64,000 nt of DNA from Sminthopsis crassicaudata (taxonomy: Eukaryota): assembly GCF_048593235.1 (NCBI RefSeq), contig NC_133618.1:504513675-504577674 (forward strand), in the 5' to 3' direction. A program made the translations under genes and the position numbers. Positions 53,929 through 64,000 of this stretch are shown piece after piece; the stretch's first letter is position 1, and every line of letters begins with the position of its first letter. A model generated the notes under the pieces. That model had not been told where the DNA came from, did not search any database, and saw only the letters and a program-made list of their open reading frames with translations.

Positions 53929-54466
53929 ATGTATGTTTGATTTTTCCCTACATAAAAATAAAAATTTAAACAAATTGAAAATGAGATTGAAGTTACTAAT
54001 GTGATGTACATATAAAATTATGGGGGGGCCAACTACCATCTTATTGCTGGGCTATATACCCCCACCCACTTTTATTGAGCTAAGCGTTTAATGGAGTTCA
54101 TCAAGATGATGCATGAACTGGGGATCCCTGTAACTGGGAAGGGAAGAAGGGTCAAGAACATCAGATGACAAGTAGGAGAGAAGTTATAATTTAGCAATTA
54201 GAAGCATGTATGGGAGGGAGGAAAAACAGAATCTTGTAATCTTATTTTTAAACCAATAACCTACACTAGTGTTTGTTACTGAAGAGAGGGATTCTGGGAA
54301 AGATAGGGGGAAATGACATCATTAAAGAAAAGGAACCTTTATTTATAATTTTTTAAAATATTTACAAATTACTCACAGATGCTATTAAAAGCAAAACATC
54401 AATACTTTGAATTGCCTAGGATATTATCCATGGTTACTTGGTTACCCCATACTCTTCACTGCTATG

Positions 54467-57400
54467 TTACTGCAATCGAACAAACTTCTTAAACCACATA
54501 TATGATGTTGCTGCAGACAGTCCATACCTGTTAGGAAAAGTAATTAATACTGAAAAATTAGAGGATACAACATATAAGCCATAATTAAACTCTTCTGTGT
54601 GATCTAATTACCAAGTAATGATGTATTGCATGTGTTCATTCCTCAATGTTATTCTTGTTTGTCCACCAATGGGCCCTCCAGGAACTGTGCTTTCTGTAGA
54701 CAAGAATAATCAAAAATAGTGTTTTGTAGTTATTTTCACTGCTTAAAAATATATATTAAAAATCTACATAGATTTTAAAATCACATTGCACAATGGACCT
54801 GAATTGGTGAAATAAAACTTGGATTTATATATCATCTTGCCCCCCTCCTCCCCAGGCAAATTTTTGGTGATTTAAGAATTGGACTTTAGTTGAGTAACTA
54901 TTTTTTACTGTCTTAAGGGAAAGAATTGTAGGGATGAAAAACAACAGCCACCAAATCCCAACATACTGAAGTTGGCATCAATGAATATAGGCTCCGCGCC
55001 TGTGACTTTTGCCATAGCCTCCAGGTCACGGTAATGCCATCTGTTCTTCTCTGGCTTGTTTTCAGGAACAAAAGGCTTCCGGGTTTCTGTTAATCTCACC
55101 ATCCCGATGAGATCAATTTCATCCTCAATCTATTTTTAAGAAAAATGAATGAATGATAAGTTTCTGACCTCTTGTTGATATATTTCAAAATGCTTCAGTA
55201 GGCAATTTTGCTCTCACATTTAAAGGATGGGACCTTGTTTAAACATAAGTTGAATAGCCTGCTGAGATAAATCCCTTTATATGTAGTGAGGAAAGACTAA
55301 TACAGCCTTACCTGGCCTTTTTGCCGAGTGTCTGGATTTATTCTTTTCCTGGGAACATATCCTCTATTCACTAGGATTGTGATCCTAAAGTTTTACAGGA
55401 GGAAAAAAAAATACCGTGAAAGGCTAAATCTCTGCACCCTTGTGATTCTGTTTTACACTATGGTGTTGATAAGGTCCAGAAGGCCAGATGCTTCCCCTTT
55501 TTTTTTTCCTAAAACAATTGCCACTTATCGCACTAGCCAATTAGCTCTCCATTATCTCAGATGATCTAGTCAGGACTAAGTGGGGAAATGAGTCTATCTA
55601 CTTGAGCCAGTTGCTGACTCAACCTACCCCAAATCAGTACAATGGAAAGGAGTAACAACATTGGCACCACTTTCCAACGTGGAGGACATTCGTCCTGAAT
55701 CCCAGGACTCTCGTGCAGGGTCCACCATGGTTCGAGGCAAAATGTAGAGTTCCTTGGAGTGGTCAAAATGCCCCCTGACCTTCACTGGTCTATACTCCAA
55801 GTCCTTCAGCTCCATTGGACTGTAGGGAAGGCAATAAAATACTTATGAGTGTGATTTTATGCAAAATTTCCAAGGAATTTGTTTGGACATCATTCTCCCC
55901 CTTATATGAAGGTCTTTGAGTCTCTTTTTTTTTTTTTGGCTAGGGTAAATGCTTGAACTTCAAAGGCTCAGCAAGGGAAAAGGGAATAAAGATTCCCTTA
56001 AAGATAAATGACTTAACATTGTCATCTAAGTCATAACCTCAGTGAATGAATGGTTTCTATCAGTCAGCATAACAGAAGGATTAATGAAGATGAGGAAAGC
56101 TGTGCTATTAACCAGCTGTTTGGCCCTATGGGCCCGAGTTGGTTTTTTTTTTTTTTTTGGTCTAAAACAGGGATGTCAAAACTAGGTAACCATAAACCTT
56201 GTTCTGAAATTCTATGGATTGGCACTAGGCCACAATCCATCAACATCTAATGGAATAAAAGTAATTTAGTCAGGGTCAGAACCCAGACGCAAGAAATTAA
56301 TGACTACTCACTCTGCAGGAAGAGGGATAGGCTCAGCTGTAATTCTTGATTCTAGCTCTGCAATTAATTTCAGCTTCCACTTTCGACGCTGGACCTGTGT
56401 GAGTAACCACATGTATGCCATGCATAACCAAATGAGTTAAAAGCAGTGGAGCCAAGAGCTTCAGTACTCTAAAGACAAGACATATTGGTCATTACCTGCC
56501 ATGTTCCCAGGCCAAAGGCAGTCACAGGAATAAGGAATAGGAACCACTTGTAAAACAAATCTTCCTCTGACTTAGCAGGAGCTGCTGTTGTAGAGATACT
56601 GCATCTGCTTGAATTCCAAACAGCCTCTGGAAGAAGCCAATAAATTGTGGCAAATTAAATTTCTTGTGTTATCTTCTCTAGTCTTGAACTGTTAACCTGT
56701 AAATTTTTCTACCACCTCTACCTTTAACCTGTTCCCTTTGTAGGAGTCTGTAATGTTTAGAAAATAAGCTACAAATCAAAATAAATCCTCTGGAAAGGGC
56801 AAAATGGAATAAAGTTGAATTAGGGGAAAGCCTGAGGTCTAATCATTACTCTTACACTAAATAGAAATACAAGTATATAACCTTTCCATGATTCATTTCT
56901 TCATCTGTGAGGATATACTATTACTTTCCCTTGAGGAAATATATGAATAGAAGTTAAATCTGATTTCATTTATATATGGAGCTTCCTAAAGAGGAAATTC
57001 TCACTACTAGGGTTGGTCAGCACTTTCTGCTCAATGTATATGATCTTTTTTTTTTTCAAAAGAGTTACTTAGGCATAAAAGAAGCAAGAAAAACTAATAG
57101 TAGAGAAGGGAAAGAGGAATGAGAGAAACTTACTTTCCTCAGAATTGGTTCAAAGACAAAACATACTCAAAATTACACTCAAAATATTGAGTATTTTATC
57201 TTACCCAGCAGGAAAGGAAGGGGATACAAGAAGGGGGTAGGGTGATAGAATAGAGGACATACTGGAGGAGAGGGTGGTCTATACACCTGAGGAGGATCAG
57301 GGTAAAAGGAGAGAAAAGAATAAAAGGGGAAATACAATTAGCAATAGTTATATTGTGAAAAGAATTTTGGAGCAAGTTTGTCTGATGAAACCCTCATTTC

Positions 57401-59707
57401 TTAAATATACAGCATGGAATGAATTTTATAAAAAAATAAATAAATAATATGGGGCAGCTAGATGGCACAATGGATAGAGCATAATAGCCCTGAAGTCAGG
57501 AGGAACTGAGTTCAAATACAGTCTCAGATACTTAATAGTTCCTACCTGTGTGACCCTGTAAAAAGTCAATTAACCCCAACTGCCTCAGCAAAAAAATTAT
57601 TTTAAAAAAAGCTATTTGGAGGCAGCTAGATGACAAAGTGAATAATAGCGCATCAGCTTTGAAGTTGGGTAGACCTGAGTTTAAATGTGGCCTCAGACAC
57701 AACACTTATCCTAACTGTGACCCTGGTCAAGTCACTTAACCCCAATTGCTTCAGCAAAAAAATTAAAAAATAAGCCATTGATTGCCTGTCACCTAGGGGA
57801 GGGGGTAGAGAGGAGGGGAAAATTTGGAAAAGAAGTGAGTACAAGGGATAATGTAAAAAAAATTACCCATGCATATGTGCTGTCAAAAAAAAAATTATAA
57901 TTATAAAATTAAAAAAAAAAGCCATTCCTCATCTGATAAAATGATCAAAAGATATGAACTATGCCCAAAGGTTATGAAATCATTTATATCCTTTGACCTA
58001 ATAATACCACTACTAGGAAGAGGACAGGCCAGCTAGATGGCACAGTAGATAGAGCACCAGTCCTTTAGTTAGAGTTCCTCAGTTCAAAATTTGACCTCAT
58101 ACTTAATACTGTGTGATCCTAGGCAAGTCACTTCATCTCAAATGCCTTGAAAAGGAAAAGGACCTATATGTAAAAGAAAAAAACCATATGGCAGCTCTTT
58201 TCTGTGGAAAAGGAATTGGAAGTTGAAGGGATGTTCATCAGTTGGGGAATAGCTGAATAAATTGTGTGATTATGACAAAATACTGTTTCGTGAAAAATGA
58301 GTAGGATGTTCTCAGAAAAATCATGAATTCAAAATTAAATGTACTGTGTACAAAGTAATTAGTAATGTTGTGAGATGATCAGCTGTGAATGACTTTGCTA
58401 TTCTCAACAATACAATACTACTCTGAAGGGTTTATGATGAAAAATGTTATAAATACCCAAAGAAAGAACTGATTGTGTCTGAATACAGACTGAAAAAATA
58501 CTTTTTTTAAACTTTCTTTTTTTTTGGGGGGGGGTGTTATTCTTTTGCAGTATTAAATTTAAAAAAAAGAGATGGGAAGAAACGATGTTGCCTAGGTCTG
58601 AGATGTCATCCTTCATGTGGACTCCCAGTGCAATCAAAAACAAATTAAAATGTAATTGGGAAATATTTAGCAAAAAATAGCAATAAGGTAGATTAACATT
58701 CGAGTTTTTCCAAGTCAATATGCAGCCTGCAGGGATTATTTCTATTTATATCGTTAAGTATACTGCTTATTATTAGGACTGACAGTGGAGATGAAAGTAT
58801 CTTTAGTTTTTACAGAGTAGGATCCAGTATGTTTGTTTTTAACTGTTCGATTCAAACTTGGTTTCGATGCCCAAACCCACGGCAACGCCAAGATTTTCCT
58901 TACATTGATAGTGATGTTCCCTTACATTAATGGAACCATCTACCTTCCCCAAGTTCCCAGCAGCGCCCTGGACATAAGTTTTAAGCTACATGAAACCTCA
59001 TTAAACTTGAAAGACTGAAAAAAACTGGCAAAGCCGAGTCAAGAGTCAGACTAAACGGGCACAACTTTAGCTCTCAAGGCCGAGGGAACGCAGTTTGGGA
59101 GGGCCAGCCTCGGGGGCAGCGTTAGGTGCAGTTCTGCTGCCCCGGCTCCCCACAACAACGGGCCCTCCGCCAAGTTCCCTCCTCACCTGGGAGCCACCGG
59201 CCCAGGCTGGAGGCACCGAGGAAGCTACTTCGGAAAGGGCCGATCAGGTCCTGCGGGGAAAGGGACACAAGAGGGCACAGAAAGGTCAGCTCCGTCCGCG
59301 CACCCAGAGCAACAACACGCACAATTCCAACGCCATCCAAGAGAACACTCTAGAAACGAGAATCGGAGAAAGCAGCTCCCTCTTTCCGGGCCGGGGTGGC
59401 TTCGGGTGCGACATGCTGTGCACAGATTCGGAGCGGGGTGAATTTGCGGGCACGCTTTCACCGTTGCCCACAAACTCAAGGCCAGCAGCCTCGGAACGCT
59501 CTGCCGCTACCCCGGACCAAGGGACCGTCCTCCCTGCCCCACAACGCGCAGGGTTCCTCCTCTCCCCTTCCTCTTTGATCCTCCTCCTCCTCGTCCTCCC
59601 CAGCTCGAACTCAGACTAGGCTCCGCCCTCACCGGCGCCTCGGGAACCCGCCGCTGCGGGACCCTCTTCAGACCAACTACTCGGAGGAACATCAGCCTGG
59701 CGGCCAT
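54467..59707 (-). CDS. SURF1: SURF1 cytochrome c oxidase assembly factor, 307 aa; exons 59707-59633, 59250-59187, 56626-56496, 56394-56312, 55819-55628, 55384-55312, 55129-54967, 54693-54612, 54527-54467
   Basis: Translates ...[33 protein letters not shown]...[25 protein letters not shown]...NRGYVPRK...[10 protein letters not shown]...[38 protein letters not shown]. 924 nt with consistent phases. Exons 1-2 rest on splice signals and phase rather than homology. AATAAA(-) at 54343-54338. Confidence 0.95.
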
Positions 59708-59872
59708 GACGACCGCATTAACTACTTCCGGGGATATGGCACGCGGCGTGAGGGAGTAGAGACGAATTTCCGGTTAACTAATACGGCCAGGCGGGGCCCC
59801 GCCCTCTTCCGTGTTTCCACGTGGTGTGTCCGACGGCTGCTCCGCCGGGACTCACGTCCCCACCCCCGAGCC
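59708..59872. promoter_or_regulatory. SURF1/SURF2 bidirectional promoter (165 bp between the ATGs)
   Basis: ETS motifs ACTTCCGG 59724-59731, ATTTCCGG 59766-59773 and CTTCCG 59806-59811; YY1-like GCCATAT(-) at ~59733-59739; E-box at 59818-59823; CpG island ~59050-60500. Confidence 0.88.
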
Positions 59873-63190
<3,318 letters not shown>

Positions 63191-64000
63191 TAGAGTTGAA
63201 GTTAGGAAAGATGTCATACCCTATTTTTTGAACTCTGGATGGATTTTTGACAATCTTACTTCCGGAACTTTTAGAGAGGCAAGAACTCAGAATATTTAAA
63301 CATTAACAGCTGAGAGAATGTTGTCTAATCTCTTATTTCCTCAGAACAGACCCTGATAATTTGACTTGCCCAAAGTCCTAATGTTAGTGCTAATTTCTTG
63401 ATTCCAACTCCATGGCTCATTTTTCTTCTATGTATTAGCCCCTGCTAATGTGGGCAGTCATATTCATTATCTGGTAAAGTCCTTGATGCCTTTCCTAATA
63501 GGAGGTCCAGATGACTTGTGGCTTTTGCTTGTCACTTGTTAGTGTGTCTTTATGAGCTCTGGCTTTGGTTTGAGAAGATATTGGGCCAACTAGCGCTCAT
63601 CCCAGAAGCCCCCACTTTCTTTCTAGGCCAAAAGTAATCAGGAGGAAAACTATATTGAATCCTAGCAGGTCTAAGAGCCTAATCCCCTCCCTTCCCCAGC
63701 CTAAAGAAGGATATCCTTGCAGGTGCCTATTTAGCTGAGATTTAGCTCTTCTCAATGCCTTGCACCTAGTAGGAACATTTGTGAAGAGAATTTAGTTTTC
63801 CCAATGCCAACCTGTACGATTTCTCACAATACATCTCCACAATTTGCTACATCTTCGCCTGCAGTTTCTACTTCTTGGCCATCATATATGACCAAGCTGT
63901 TAGCAGTTGGAGAGGTGAGGATCAAAAGTAGCATCAAACTGTTCCTCCATAAGAGCTAGATAGGTGGATATCATTCCATGGTTCACTCAACCCCCGGGGA

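Overview
Vertebrate genomic DNA from a marsupial, most likely an Australian dasyurid (devil/dunnart/antechinus group). That assignment is inferred from WSINE1-type CORE-SINEs, marsupial-type L1s with a ~455-bp inter-ORF spacer and an OC1-like hAT MITE. The right ~38 kb is the Surfeit housekeeping cluster in its conserved order: SURF6 (-), MED22/SURF5 (-), RPL7A/SURF3 (+), SURF1 (-) and the first three exons of SURF2 (+). It has two bidirectional CpG-island promoters, and all coding exons could be traced with GT-AG sites and open phases. RPL7A introns host five box C/D snoRNAs: two U24 and three U36 (human has one U24). The left ~26 kb has no recognisable host coding exon. It holds a young full-length L1 (intact 1277-aa ORF2, ORF1 hit by one CGA>TGA stop) nested in an older L1, further truncated L1s with target-site duplications, a cluster of solo LTRs, a 45-bp-stem hairpin and an orphan CpG island. 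The best leads are: a second U24 with a possible one-nucleotide shift in methylation register between the paralogues; dual-guide U36 copies; an apparently missing last intron in SURF6; the orphan CpG island and hairpin; and the ORF2-intact L1. Comparisons with human/yeast genes and repeat family names are from memory and were not checked against databases. There is one assembly gap (47338-47636).
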